This document shows positions 39,718 through 48,787 of a stretch of 64,000 bases of DNA, in pieces. Source of the stretch: Betaproteobacteria bacterium. Lineage in GTDB: Bacteria; Pseudomonadota; Gammaproteobacteria; Burkholderiales; Rhodocyclaceae. The DNA is taken from contig WRMF01000007.1 of the NCBI GenBank assembly GCA_009777245.1, forward strand, positions 7,037 to 71,036. The letters run 5' to 3'. The notes beneath the pieces were generated by a model. It saw only the letters and a program-made list of their open reading frames with translations, was not told the origin of the DNA and did not search any database. A program made the translations under genes and the position numbers. Numbering within the stretch: the stretch's first letter is position 1; every line of letters starts with the position of its first letter.

Positions 39718-42700
39718 ATGAGCGGCATTACCGATTTCATTGGACGCTGGAAGGTTTCCGGCGGTTCAGAGCAGGCAAACTCGCAGTCATTCCTCAAGGA
39801 ATTGTGCGATGTTCTGGATTTGCAGCAGCCAGACCCCGCCGATCCTGTCAATGAAAAGAACGCCTATGTCTTTGAGCGCAAGGTTTATGTCACACGCGGC
39901 GACGGCACGAAAGAACTCAAAAAGCTCGATCTGTATTACAAGGGTCGTTTTGTGCTGGAGTCCAAACAAGGGCAGGACGCCGTAGGGGCGAAAAGTTTTT
40001 CGTCCCTGCTATCCGGGGGGATGACCGCGTCAAGCGCAGTCAAGCGGGGAACGCGCCAGTGGGAGGATTCCATGCAGCGCGCCAAGCGGCAGGCGGAAAA
40101 CTACATCCGCAGCCTGCCTGCCTCTGAAGGTCGCCCGCCCTTTCTCATCGTCACAGATGTGGGCTACTGCTTTGACCTCTACACGGAATTTACCTGCACC
40201 GGCGGCCTGTACCTGCATTTTCCCGATACCAGGACTTACCGCGTCATGCTGGATGATTTGGCAAGGCCGGAAGTTCGCGCTTTGTTTCAGGCTATCTGGA
40301 AAGACCCGCTTTCCCTTGACCCGTCCAGACGGTCGGCCAAAGTAACCGAGGAAATAGCCGACCATTTGGCGCTGCTTGCGCGTTTGCTGGAAAAGGACGG
40401 GCATGAGCCGGAGCAGGTCTCGCAATTTCTCATGCGTTGTATTTTTTCGATGTTTGCCGAGGATATGAGCCTTATTCCGGCAGGCAGCTTTACGGATATT
40501 ATCCAGAAATCCATTTTGCAACCGGGCGGATACAAGCATTACTTAAATGATTTATGGAATGCCATGAACAAGGGCGAGTTTTCCGTGCTTCTGGACAAAC
40601 AACTGCTGCGCTTCAACGGTCACATTTTTTACGACCCGGAAGTATTGCCGCTGGAGCGTGAGCATCTGGGCATTCTCCTTGAAGCCGCGAAAGCCGACTG
40701 GCGGGAAGTGGAGCCGGCCATTTTCGGGACATTGCTGGAACACGCACTGAATCCGAAAGAGCGGCACAAGCTGGGGGCGCATTACACGCCTCGCGCCTAT
40801 GTGGAACGTCTGGTCATCCCCACGGTCATGCAGCCATTACGGAAGGAATGGGATGATGTGCAGACCACGGCAAGCGTCTTGTTCAATCAGGGCAAGGAAA
40901 AGGAAGCGTGCAAGACCGTTGCCGGATTTCACGAACGGCTACGCGGCATTCGAGTTCTTGACCCGGCCTGCGGCTCCGGCAATTTCCTCTATGTCACGAT
41001 GGAGCACATGAAGCGGCTCGAAGGCGAAGTGCTGCAAGCTCTCGCAAGCTACGGCGAGCGGCAGGCAAGCCTGTTGCAGATTGACCCGCACCAGTTTCTG
41101 GGGTTGGAAATCAACCCCCGCGCCGCGCATATTGCGGAAATGGTGTTGTGGATCGGTTTTTTGCAATGGCATTTCAGGACGTGCGGCAATGTGAACCCGC
41201 CAGAGCCGGTAATTCGGCAATTCGACAACATCCAGCACAAGGACGCGCTGATTGCCTATAAAGGCTGGAAATACGCCACGGATGAGGACGGCAAGCCGAT
41301 AACCCGCTGGGATGGCGAGACTTACAAGACCGATCCCGCAACCGGACGGCAAATGCCGGATGAAAAGGCCGTTGTCGTGGATGAAGTCTATGAGGGCGTG
41401 AAGGCGGCAGAATGGCCGGAAGCTGATTTTATTGTGGGCAATCCGCCGTTTATTGGCGGTTGGATGAAGCGCAGCGTTTTGGGACATGGCATGTTTGACG
41501 CGCTGACGAAGACTTACGCGCGACTTCCTGAATCCTGCGATTTTGTCATGTACTGGTGGCACAAGGCTGCGGATTTGGTACGCGCGGGCAAGGTCAAACG
41601 CTTTGGCTTCATCACTACCAACAGCATTACCCATGTCTTTAACCGCCGCGTGGTTTCCCTGCATCTGGGAGACAAAAAACCGCTGCGCCTCGTCTTTGCC
41701 GTGTCGGATCATCCCTGGGTGGAAGCCTCTGACAGCGCGGCGGTGCGTATTGCCATGACTGTCGGGGAGAAGGGCAAAGGCGAAGGCGTGCTCGCCACTG
41801 TTGTGGAAGAACGCGAGACAGGCGACAAGGAAATAGCTGTAACCATGACTGAGCAAAATGGCGTCATCCACGCGAATTTGCGCCAGGGAACCGATGTGAC
41901 AAAAGCTGAATCATTGGCAGCTAATGATGAACTCTGCTGCCCGGGGGTAAAACTACATGGTTCAGGTTTCATTGTTACCCCGATGCAGGCGGCTTCTCTG
42001 GGATTGGGGCATATTTCAGGATTGGAGCGGCATATCCGACTCTACAGAAACGGACGGGACATAGCTAATGGTCTGCGCGGCGTAATGGTTATTGACTTGT
42101 TCGGGCTTACGGCGAAAGAAGTACGCCATAAATACCCGGAGGTTTACCAGTGGGTATATACGCGAGTAAAGCCAGAACGGGACGCTAATAACAGGAACAG
42201 CTACCGCGAGAATTGGTGGGTATTTGGAGAACCACGGAAAGAATTTCGTCCGGCTCTGGCAGGTTTGCCTCGTTATATTTCCACAATTGAAACTGCCAAG
42301 CACAGATTTTTTTTATTTTTGCCTGCTGAGGTGTTGCCGGATAATAGACTGGTGAACATAGCTAGCGCAGATGCCTACCATCTTGGAGTGTTGTCCAGCA
42401 ACATTCATGTGCGTTGGGCGATGGCAGCAGGAGGCACATTAGGGCCTGGTCGGGTATACACCAAATCCCGTTGCTTTGATACTTACCCATTCCCCGATGC
42501 CAACCCCGAACAACAAGCCCGCATCCGCGATTTGGGCGAACAACTGGATGCTCACCGGAAGAAACGGCAGAGCCTTCATCCTGACCTCACGATGACCGAT
42601 ATGTATAACGTGCTGGAAGCCTTGCGTCAGAGCCGGATGCTTACGGATCGGGAAAGAAACATCCATGAACAAGGACTTGTGTCTGTGTTGCGTAATTTGC

Positions 42701-43137
42701 ATGATGAACTGGATGCCGCCGTATTCGATGCTTACGGCTGGTCTGCCAATCTCACAGACGAAGAAATCCTCTCCCGCCTTGTCGCCCTGAACGCCGAGCG
42801 CGCGGAAGAAGAAAAGAACGGACAAATCCGCTGGCTGCGTCCGGAATACCAGAGCAAATCCAGGGCGGAGCGCAGCAAAATGGTTCAGGATGCGCTTGCC
42901 CTGGATTCCCGGCCGGAACCTGCCGCCAGGGGCAAAAAAGGCGCCAAGACCGCGCCCAAGTCTGCCTGGCCTTCCGATCAGCTGGAACAAACCCAGGCCG
43001 TGCGCGACGCGATAAATACCCTGCGGGAAACCGCCATAGCCATCACGCCGGAGACTGTGGCAAAACGCTTCACCCGCCCCAACAACGACAGAGTGAAGGA
43101 AATTCTACGGGCGTTGGAAACGCTGGGGTTTGTGTAG
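39718..43137 (+). CDS. MmeI-family type IIL/IIG restriction-modification enzyme (nuclease + N6-adenine MTase + TRD)
   Basis: 1139 aa. N-terminal D-X9-E-X-K motif ([15 protein letters not shown]), MTase motif [15 protein letters not shown] and motif [11 protein letters not shown], with a long C-terminal region. Confidence 0.82.
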   Translation: MSGITDFIGRWKVSGGSEQANSQSFLKELCDVLDLQQPDPADPVNEKNAYVFERKVYVTRGDGTKELKKLDLYYKGRFVLESKQGQDAVGAKSFSSLLSGGMTASSAVKRGTRQWEDSMQRAKRQAENYIRSLPASEGRPPFLIVTDVGYCFDLYTEFTCTGGLYLHFPDTRTYRVMLDDLARPEVRALFQAIWKDPLSLDPSRRSAKVTEEIADHLALLARLLEKDGHEPEQVSQFLMRCIFSMFAEDMSLIPAGSFTDIIQKSILQPGGYKHYLNDLWNAMNKGEFSVLLDKQLLRFNGHIFYDPEVLPLEREHLGILLEAAKADWREVEPAIFGTLLEHALNPKERHKLGAHYTPRAYVERLVIPTVMQPLRKEWDDVQTTASVLFNQGKEKEACKTVAGFHERLRGIRVLDPACGSGNFLYVTMEHMKRLEGEVLQALASYGERQASLLQIDPHQFLGLEINPRAAHIAEMVLWIGFLQWHFRTCGNVNPPEPVIRQFDNIQHKDALIAYKGWKYATDEDGKPITRWDGETYKTDPATGRQMPDEKAVVVDEVYEGVKAAEWPEADFIVGNPPFIGGWMKRSVLGHGMFDALTKTYARLPESCDFVMYWWHKAADLVRAGKVKRFGFITTNSITHVFNRRVVSLHLGDKKPLRLVFAVSDHPWVEASDSAAVRIAMTVGEKGKGEGVLATVVEERETGDKEIAVTMTEQNGVIHANLRQGTDVTKAESLAANDELCCPGVKLHGSGFIVTPMQAASLGLGHISGLERHIRLYRNGRDIANGLRGVMVIDLFGLTAKEVRHKYPEVYQWVYTRVKPERDANNRNSYRENWWVFGEPRKEFRPALAGLPRYISTIETAKHRFFLFLPAEVLPDNRLVNIASADAYHLGVLSSNIHVRWAMAAGGTLGPGRVYTKSRCFDTYPFPDANPEQQARIRDLGEQLDAHRKKRQSLHPDLTMTDMYNVLEALRQSRMLTDRERNIHEQGLVSVLRNLHDELDAAVFDAYGWSANLTDEEILSRLVALNAERAEEEKNGQIRWLRPEYQSKSRAERSKMVQDALALDSRPEPAARGKKGAKTAPKSAWPSDQLEQTQAVRDAINTLRETAIAITPETVAKRFTRPNNDRVKEILRALETLGFV

Positions 43138-43165
43138 ACCGGAACCATCTCCCTTTGCCTACGGC

Positions 43166-43207
43166 CACCCTCTACCACTCGCGGTGTAGCCACAAGTGGG
43201 AGAGGGG
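43166..43207. repeat. ccctct...gggagaggg-type hairpin repeat (interrupted copy)
   Basis: ccaccctctaccactcgcggtgtagccacaagtgggagaggggatgc is related to the hairpins at 51351-51376 and 51404-51428 and to the ccctctcccgc arm of the palindrome repeat. Confidence 0.6.
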
Positions 43208-43368
43208 ATGCGTTTGCGGCATTTAAGGCATCATCTCCTGGATTTTCATGCTCCTGCCTGTCTCTTTATCCAATGAATATATATCCGGCAAACCCCCGGT
43301 GCTTCGCGCCCCCCCCTTTTGGGAAAGGGGGCTAACCCCAATGCAGCCTTGGCGCAAAGCCCCCTTTT

Positions 43369-43510
43369 TATGTACGCGCTGAAGTAATTGATTTTTTGTC
43401 GAACCACTCCAAGGTGTTTTCCGCAAATAACGCGACTATAAGGGAGCTAACCACGCCGCTGTAGGGGTTAAAATTTTTTAACCCCTACTCGCGGGCAGGA
43501 ATAGGGGGCG
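43369..43510 (-). repeat. Mosaic intergenic repeat with 24-nt palindrome (copy 2, inverted)
   Basis: Its reverse complement aligns by eye over about 130 nt with 60466-60601. The palindrome aggggttaaaattttttaacccct is at 43463-43486. The left 45 nt equal the module at 20610-20655. Confidence 0.85.
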
Positions 43511-43576
43511 GCGCAGGGACGACCGGCTGGCCGCCCCTACTCCCCTCTTCCGATTCAATTGGGATAGCGGAACGCT

Positions 43577-46024
43577 CTAAGCGGCATCATCCCGCAGGAT
43601 TTTTTCCGGCGGCAGATATTTGAGCAGCACATCCTGCAAGTGAGAGATGATAATGGGCTTGGAGAGAAAATCGTTCATCCCTGCCTCGATGAAAGCCGCG
43701 CGCGCGTCAATAACGGCATTGGCAGTCAGCGCGACAATGATGGAATACTTGTGCCTGCCGCCCAGGGCGCGGATGGCTTTAGTGGCTTTCAGGCCGTCAA
43801 TTTCCGGCATCATGTGATCCATGAAGATGATGTCGTATTCCTTGGCGCTCGCCATTTCAATGCCTGCCCGTCCTCCGTCGGCCTGTTCGACCTCTATGCC
43901 GTACTGCTCCAACAATCCGGCTGCCACCACCAGATTGATCTGATTGTCATCAATAACCAATACCCGCGCATTAAGAGTCTTGAATGCCTTGTCCTTTGCG
44001 CCCTGATCCCGGATGATGCTCGGCTCGTGCCTGGGACGATCATTCAAAAGGCTGACCAGACTTGTGATGATGAGCGGTCTTTCCAACGTTTCGCCGATGC
44101 CGCTGTTGTTCTTATCGCCGCTCCACAACAGAACGATTGTTTTTACGTATGCCGGAATGATTCGAGCCGCGCTTTTGGCCAACGCAAGATCAATGATGGC
44201 ATGGCTGTAGTCGCTTTTTGCAAAGGCGTTTATCGCCTCTTCATGAGTCTTTATCATGGTATGGGGCAACTCCAGGGAAGTCAGCATTTCAGCCAGCGCC
44301 TCCGCGTTGCAAGTCAGCGGCTCGTAACAGAGAATGTGGGTGATTTGCTCCGGTTTCTCAACGCGAGCGACAGGGACAATTGCATTGTCTTCCTCCTTAT
44401 ATCCGCAGAAGATATGCCATGAGAAAGTAGAGCCTTTGCCATAAATACTTTGCGCGCCAATCTCTCCGCCCATCATTTCAACCAGCCGACGGGTAATTGC
44501 AAGGCCGAGGCCTGTTCCCAACACATTCCGGTTCCTTTGGGTATCCAATCGCTGAAAGTCGCTGAAAAGTTTGCCCATATCCGCTTCGCGGATACCAACC
44601 CCGGTATCGCGCACCGAGAAACAAAGTTTCAGCGTCCTGATTTCCTGATCATCATCAGACATTGATTGTCCGACAACTTTTTTATCCGGCGCGGCCTCCT
44701 CGCTCCAGACCCTAAGGTTGATATTACCCTCCCGCGTATATTTGACCGCATTGTTCAGGATGTTGGTAAGAGTCTGCCGAATACGGAGAGCGTCGCCAAT
44801 CAGGGTAAACGGAATGACGGGTGAAACAACGACAGTCAATGCCACCTTGGAATTGCCGGTTCGCATCCCGATCATGGTAACTGTGTCGTAGATAAATGAG
44901 GCAAAATCGAAAGGTCGGCAGTCAATTTCCATCTTCCGCGCCTCAATTTTGGAAAAATCCAGAATGTCGTTGATAATGCCAAGGAGCGCCATGGCGGAAT
45001 TGCGGACAGTTATCGCGCGCGCGGTCTGAGCGGGATCAAGCGGGTTGGCAAGCATCAATTCTGTCATTCCGATGATGGCATTCATTGGAGTGCGAATCTC
45101 GTGGCTGACCAAAGCCAGGAACTGGCTTTTTGCCATGGTCGCCCGTTCCGCTTCTTCCTTGGCTTTCATGATCGGGCTGATGTCTATCCATTCAAAGGAG
45201 CGGGCAATGCTCTCTTCCGCCATGGGCGAGGAACGAAGCGAAAACCAGTGTTTTTTCCCCTGCACGATCGCGGAAAACTCCTGTTCCACAAAACCGCTTT
45301 GCTCCATGATTTCCTGAAATACCCTTTTCAGATCATCGTCCGGAAAAAGGTCAAGCACAGGCCTTGACTGCCTGTGGAGACGGCGTGGAATTCCCAGCCA
45401 GCTGGCAAGCGATGCGCTGATATAACTTGAGGCAGCCTTGCTGTCGCTAATCAAAGTATAGTTAGGCGTAGTATTCATGATGGCTTCAAAAGTCTGGCTG
45501 TTTTTCTCCAGAATAAAAATCCGCTTTTGAATGACGATGAGCGATCCATAAAGAAGCAGGCAGAAAACATCAAAAATAAGCAACCAGGAAAAATACTGGA
45601 GACCGTCACTATCAGGCGATTGTCGCGCTATCATCGCCAACATGACCAATAGCAACAGATTAACCAATGAGAGAAAAATCCAGAAACTCTTTTTGTCAAG
45701 ATAGGTAAAATTAATAAAAGCCGCGCCAATGGGAACCAACGCATAAACGGCATAATCCTTGCTTTCAAACATCATGAAAGCATAAATAAGCACGACTAAA
45801 AACGGATTCAACCATGCCTGGGTAGAAACCGGGAAGTAAATCCATGTGGTGCGCAGTAGCGCCACCGCAATCAGACCGGAAACGAGTTGCCAGAGTTCCA
45901 TCTGGCTTATCGTCATGAAGAGCGCGTAAATCGCAACCAGAATGACTGCAAAACGTTGCCGTGAACGGTCAAACAACTGTTCTTGCTTCAAGTCAAAAGC
46001 GTAGCGCGTAGCTTCTTGTTTCAT
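43577..46024 (-). CDS. Hybrid sensor histidine kinase / response regulator
   Basis: 815 aa. Multi-TM N-terminus, PAS-like region, H-box [21 protein letters not shown], HATPase G-boxes ([24 protein letters not shown]), a degenerate receiver-like linker, and a C-terminal REC domain ([11 protein letters not shown]...[13 protein letters not shown]...SKP). Confidence 0.9.
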   Translation of the reverse strand: MKQEATRYAFDLKQEQLFDRSRQRFAVILVAIYALFMTISQMELWQLVSGLIAVALLRTTWIYFPVSTQAWLNPFLVVLIYAFMMFESKDYAVYALVPIGAAFINFTYLDKKSFWIFLSLVNLLLLVMLAMIARQSPDSDGLQYFSWLLIFDVFCLLLYGSLIVIQKRIFILEKNSQTFEAIMNTTPNYTLISDSKAASSYISASLASWLGIPRRLHRQSRPVLDLFPDDDLKRVFQEIMEQSGFVEQEFSAIVQGKKHWFSLRSSPMAEESIARSFEWIDISPIMKAKEEAERATMAKSQFLALVSHEIRTPMNAIIGMTELMLANPLDPAQTARAITVRNSAMALLGIINDILDFSKIEARKMEIDCRPFDFASFIYDTVTMIGMRTGNSKVALTVVVSPVIPFTLIGDALRIRQTLTNILNNAVKYTREGNINLRVWSEEAAPDKKVVGQSMSDDDQEIRTLKLCFSVRDTGVGIREADMGKLFSDFQRLDTQRNRNVLGTGLGLAITRRLVEMMGGEIGAQSIYGKGSTFSWHIFCGYKEEDNAIVPVARVEKPEQITHILCYEPLTCNAEALAEMLTSLELPHTMIKTHEEAINAFAKSDYSHAIIDLALAKSAARIIPAYVKTIVLLWSGDKNNSGIGETLERPLIITSLVSLLNDRPRHEPSIIRDQGAKDKAFKTLNARVLVIDDNQINLVVAAGLLEQYGIEVEQADGGRAGIEMASAKEYDIIFMDHMMPEIDGLKATKAIRALGGRHKYSIIVALTANAVIDARAAFIEAGMNDFLSKPIIISHLQDVLLKYLPPEKILRDDAA

Positions 46025-47001
46025 GCGTTTCTTGCTCCTGTCCTTGTGGCAGAATCGGCGTCGCGCACAGATTCTGCTTCCTCAGCAACTGTCGGGCAGG
46101 CAAAATCCAGCGCGCCGGGCATTATCTCAAACTCCGCTTCCGTCTGATAAAATAATTCGCCGTCCATGGAAATGGCTATCAGGTCGTCGGATTTAATAGT
46201 CATCTTCCGAAAACGATAATGCTGGATATATTCCGGCCAGGCATGGTATTGCCCGCGCATGTAATCATTCACGATTTTAAGCGCCCCGACTCTGGGAGCC
46301 TTGTTCCAGAGATAGAGATCAAGCTCTCCATCGTCCGGGAGCGCATCTGTGCCCGGGCGAAAAGTTCTGCCATGACAAGGCTGATTGGCAACCAAAGCGC
46401 CCAGAAAATTTCCTTCCAGAGCAATCACATCATCCAGCAAAATCCGGTAATTCTGTTCCGTATCCGAACGGAACATATTGTACATAACCGCCCAGAAATA
46501 GCAGGTGTCCGACGAGATTACCCTGTACCTGGAAAACCACTCTTTACCCTGAATATCCGCCATTGCCTCCATGCCGAACATGGAAAAGGACAGCCCATAA
46601 TTGGCATCGCAGCGAATCAGGTCAACCTGCCTGGTTTCCGCAAACACAAGGTCGCTTACAGAATCAAGCGGAGAAGCTGCGTTTTGGCCCAATGAATGAA
46701 TGAATGTATGACCCCCTTCCCTTGAGTAGCAGGCAACCTGCACATTCGGCAGACCCATTGCGCCATTGACAACCTCGTAGAGTATGCCGTTCCCTCCGAC
46801 CGCATAAATACGAACCAGACCAGGCTCATTCTGGCAATAGCGCCTGATGAACCCAACAGCATCGCGCTGCCAACGGGTAACGTGAATGTCGTAAGAAAGC
46901 CAGGGATAATGGACAAAACAGCTTTCAATTTCCGCGCGAATGTCAGACAGGTAATTGACGACTCCTTCAGCGACAGGATTGATGATGAACAAGTGTTTCA
47001 T
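46021..47001 (-). CDS. Diacylglycerol-kinase catalytic-domain (YegS/BmrU-type lipid kinase fold) protein with variant GGNG motif
   Basis: 326 aa. [13 protein letters not shown]... then [16 protein letters not shown] where the family consensus is GGDGT. Overlaps the downstream HK start by 4 nt. Confidence 0.8.
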   Translation of the reverse strand: MKHLFIINPVAEGVVNYLSDIRAEIESCFVHYPWLSYDIHVTRWQRDAVGFIRRYCQNEPGLVRIYAVGGNGILYEVVNGAMGLPNVQVACYSREGGHTFIHSLGQNAASPLDSVSDLVFAETRQVDLIRCDANYGLSFSMFGMEAMADIQGKEWFSRYRVISSDTCYFWAVMYNMFRSDTEQNYRILLDDVIALEGNFLGALVANQPCHGRTFRPGTDALPDDGELDLYLWNKAPRVGALKIVNDYMRGQYHAWPEYIQHYRFRKMTIKSDDLIAISMDGELFYQTEAEFEIMPGALDFACPTVAEEAESVRDADSATRTGARNA

Positions 47002-47008
47002 GTTTTTC

Positions 47009-48787
47009 TCACCCCAGACTCATTTCCTGATCCGCAAGGAGGTGCGCGATTTGCTCTGCCATGAAAACAGCATGAAGCTCAGCTTCCTCCGACAGCGGCG
47101 TGTCAAAAGAGAGGAAGATGCCGCCTGCAAGTTCTCCTGTCGCCACACGCAGCGGGAAGGCGCAAACAGTCATGTTCTCTTCGGAGTTCCCTTTAATGTC
47201 GCGCCAAACCATGCCGGTTCTGTCGGCGCTCTGTAACGACGCGCGTAAGGCGGTTTGCCAGTTATCCAAATCCTCATTGCCCGTTCCGAAACCAAGAACC
47301 GGATCATAATGGATGACCACGTGTCTCGAAGAAGCCTCGCCATTTATGGCGGGGTGAGCGAGACAGTTGTTTTGTGTGGAGCATTGAGGCTCCCTCATCT
47401 GTGGCGAGGAAGTCCCAACCTTCAGGTTGGGGCGACTCACAGTCTCTCTATCTCCCGCGCCATATATACGCAAGGTAGCGCCTGTTGCCTGATAGACGCT
47501 GACAAAACGCTCTGCGGCATTACGGAAAAAATCAGATAAATCAGCGCCGGGGAAAAGCGCGCTTTCCAGAAACAAATAAAAATCAAGCATTTCCTGTTGC
47601 CAGTTTGTTTTATCAATGCGGGTGTGAAACACGGTCATCATTTGCTGGAAAGAGATTGCAAACCGGCCAAAGTCATGCTCCGGCAACATCATGGGTTTCT
47701 GGCCTTCCGAGTTTAAATCTTCGGCAATGCCGCTCATCGCGCGTATCGGTTTGGAAATGATCAGCGCAACATATCGCAATGACAACAAAAGCAGAATGGA
47801 GAAAAACAGCATCGCCATTATTGCCACCGCAATCACCAAATACATGGATGCGTAAATTGAAGAGCGCGGAAGCGCCGTTACAACCCAGGTCAATTCACCA
47901 AACGGCTCAAGCTGAATCATTGCTAAAGAAACCATGGCGCTGCCGCCATCAAAGCGCGCATTGCGGAAAAACCCGGCCTTTTTGTCACGCAAGGCATTTT
48001 CAACGGGAACCGAATCGGCAAACTCAAGCGCATCAATGAATCTGCCAATGTTTTTACCATCCAGCGTACCCGTATTGTGCAAGGATTCCGAAAAGATCGA
48101 AGAAGAAGTTTTTTCGTCAAGCCCACCGAAGAGTTCGTCAACGCTGCCATTTGCGCCCAGGCAACCAATCACTAAGCCATCACGGAACAAGGGAATGCTT
48201 ATAGAATAAACACTTGTCTTTTCATCATTGTGATCGTAGACTATCGTTTCATCAATGCTGATATGCGGTTTTTTACTCTTGATCGTGTCAGTGTACCAGG
48301 GAGATTCCTGCGGATCGTCAATGGTATCCTCATCCATATGCGGCGCGACCAGAATCGTTCCGTCATCGTTGATATAGGATCTGATAAAACGCCCGCTCGG
48401 CGCGCCCGGATAACCGTAACGATCATCGGAATCTTTACCGTCAAAGGCGTCTGCCTCATAGACCAGCCGGACGTTGTATATATTCCGGTTCCTGAGCGTT
48501 TGCCGAATGATACGTTCAGCCTGCTCGCGCGCGTCCGGCCTGGTTGTGTCAATCCGGGACAAGAGTTCCGCCCCGCTCTCCAAAGTCAGGCGGATACTGT
48601 CAAGAGTAAACTTCAGGCGTTCTGAATTAAAGCTGGTTTTGTTCACCAGCAACTGATTTGCCAGATTTACCTTGCTTTCATAGACAGAATAAACGATGCA
48701 AAACAAAATCAGCCCCAATACTGCCAGACAGGGAACAGCGACAAAAAAGAGGAGCTTCTGCCAGATGGTATTTTTCAGTTTTTTCAT
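47009..48787 (-). CDS. Membrane Cache-domain sensor with C-terminal GAF-like domain and no recognisable output domain
   Basis: 592 aa. TM, periplasmic Cache-like region (YPGAPSGRFIRSYINDDG...SPWYTD), second TM, then a HAMP-like segment and a GAF-like C-terminus. Its sensor region is paralogous to the upstream gene. Confidence 0.72.
   Translation of the reverse strand: MKKLKNTIWQKLLFFVAVPCLAVLGLILFCIVYSVYESKVNLANQLLVNKTSFNSERLKFTLDSIRLTLESGAELLSRIDTTRPDAREQAERIIRQTLRNRNIYNVRLVYEADAFDGKDSDDRYGYPGAPSGRFIRSYINDDGTILVAPHMDEDTIDDPQESPWYTDTIKSKKPHISIDETIVYDHNDEKTSVYSISIPLFRDGLVIGCLGANGSVDELFGGLDEKTSSSIFSESLHNTGTLDGKNIGRFIDALEFADSVPVENALRDKKAGFFRNARFDGGSAMVSLAMIQLEPFGELTWVVTALPRSSIYASMYLVIAVAIMAMLFFSILLLLSLRYVALIISKPIRAMSGIAEDLNSEGQKPMMLPEHDFGRFAISFQQMMTVFHTRIDKTNWQQEMLDFYLFLESALFPGADLSDFFRNAAERFVSVYQATGATLRIYGAGDRETVSRPNLKVGTSSPQMREPQCSTQNNCLAHPAINGEASSRHVVIHYDPVLGFGTGNEDLDNWQTALRASLQSADRTGMVWRDIKGNSEENMTVCAFPLRVATGELAGGIFLSFDTPLSEEAELHAVFMAEQIAHLLADQEMSLG

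Noticed and set aside
39159-39854. 231-aa + strand ORF spanning the DprA-like gene, the gap and the MmeI-like start, including a Cys-rich stretch MMKCENHCIACCERRERECLKICYPVISSW starting at 39594
   Set aside because: It lies out of frame over two supported genes. The Cys-rich part has no SD and continues 137 nt into the MmeI-like CDS. A small regulatory peptide cannot be excluded, but nothing in the sequence supports one.
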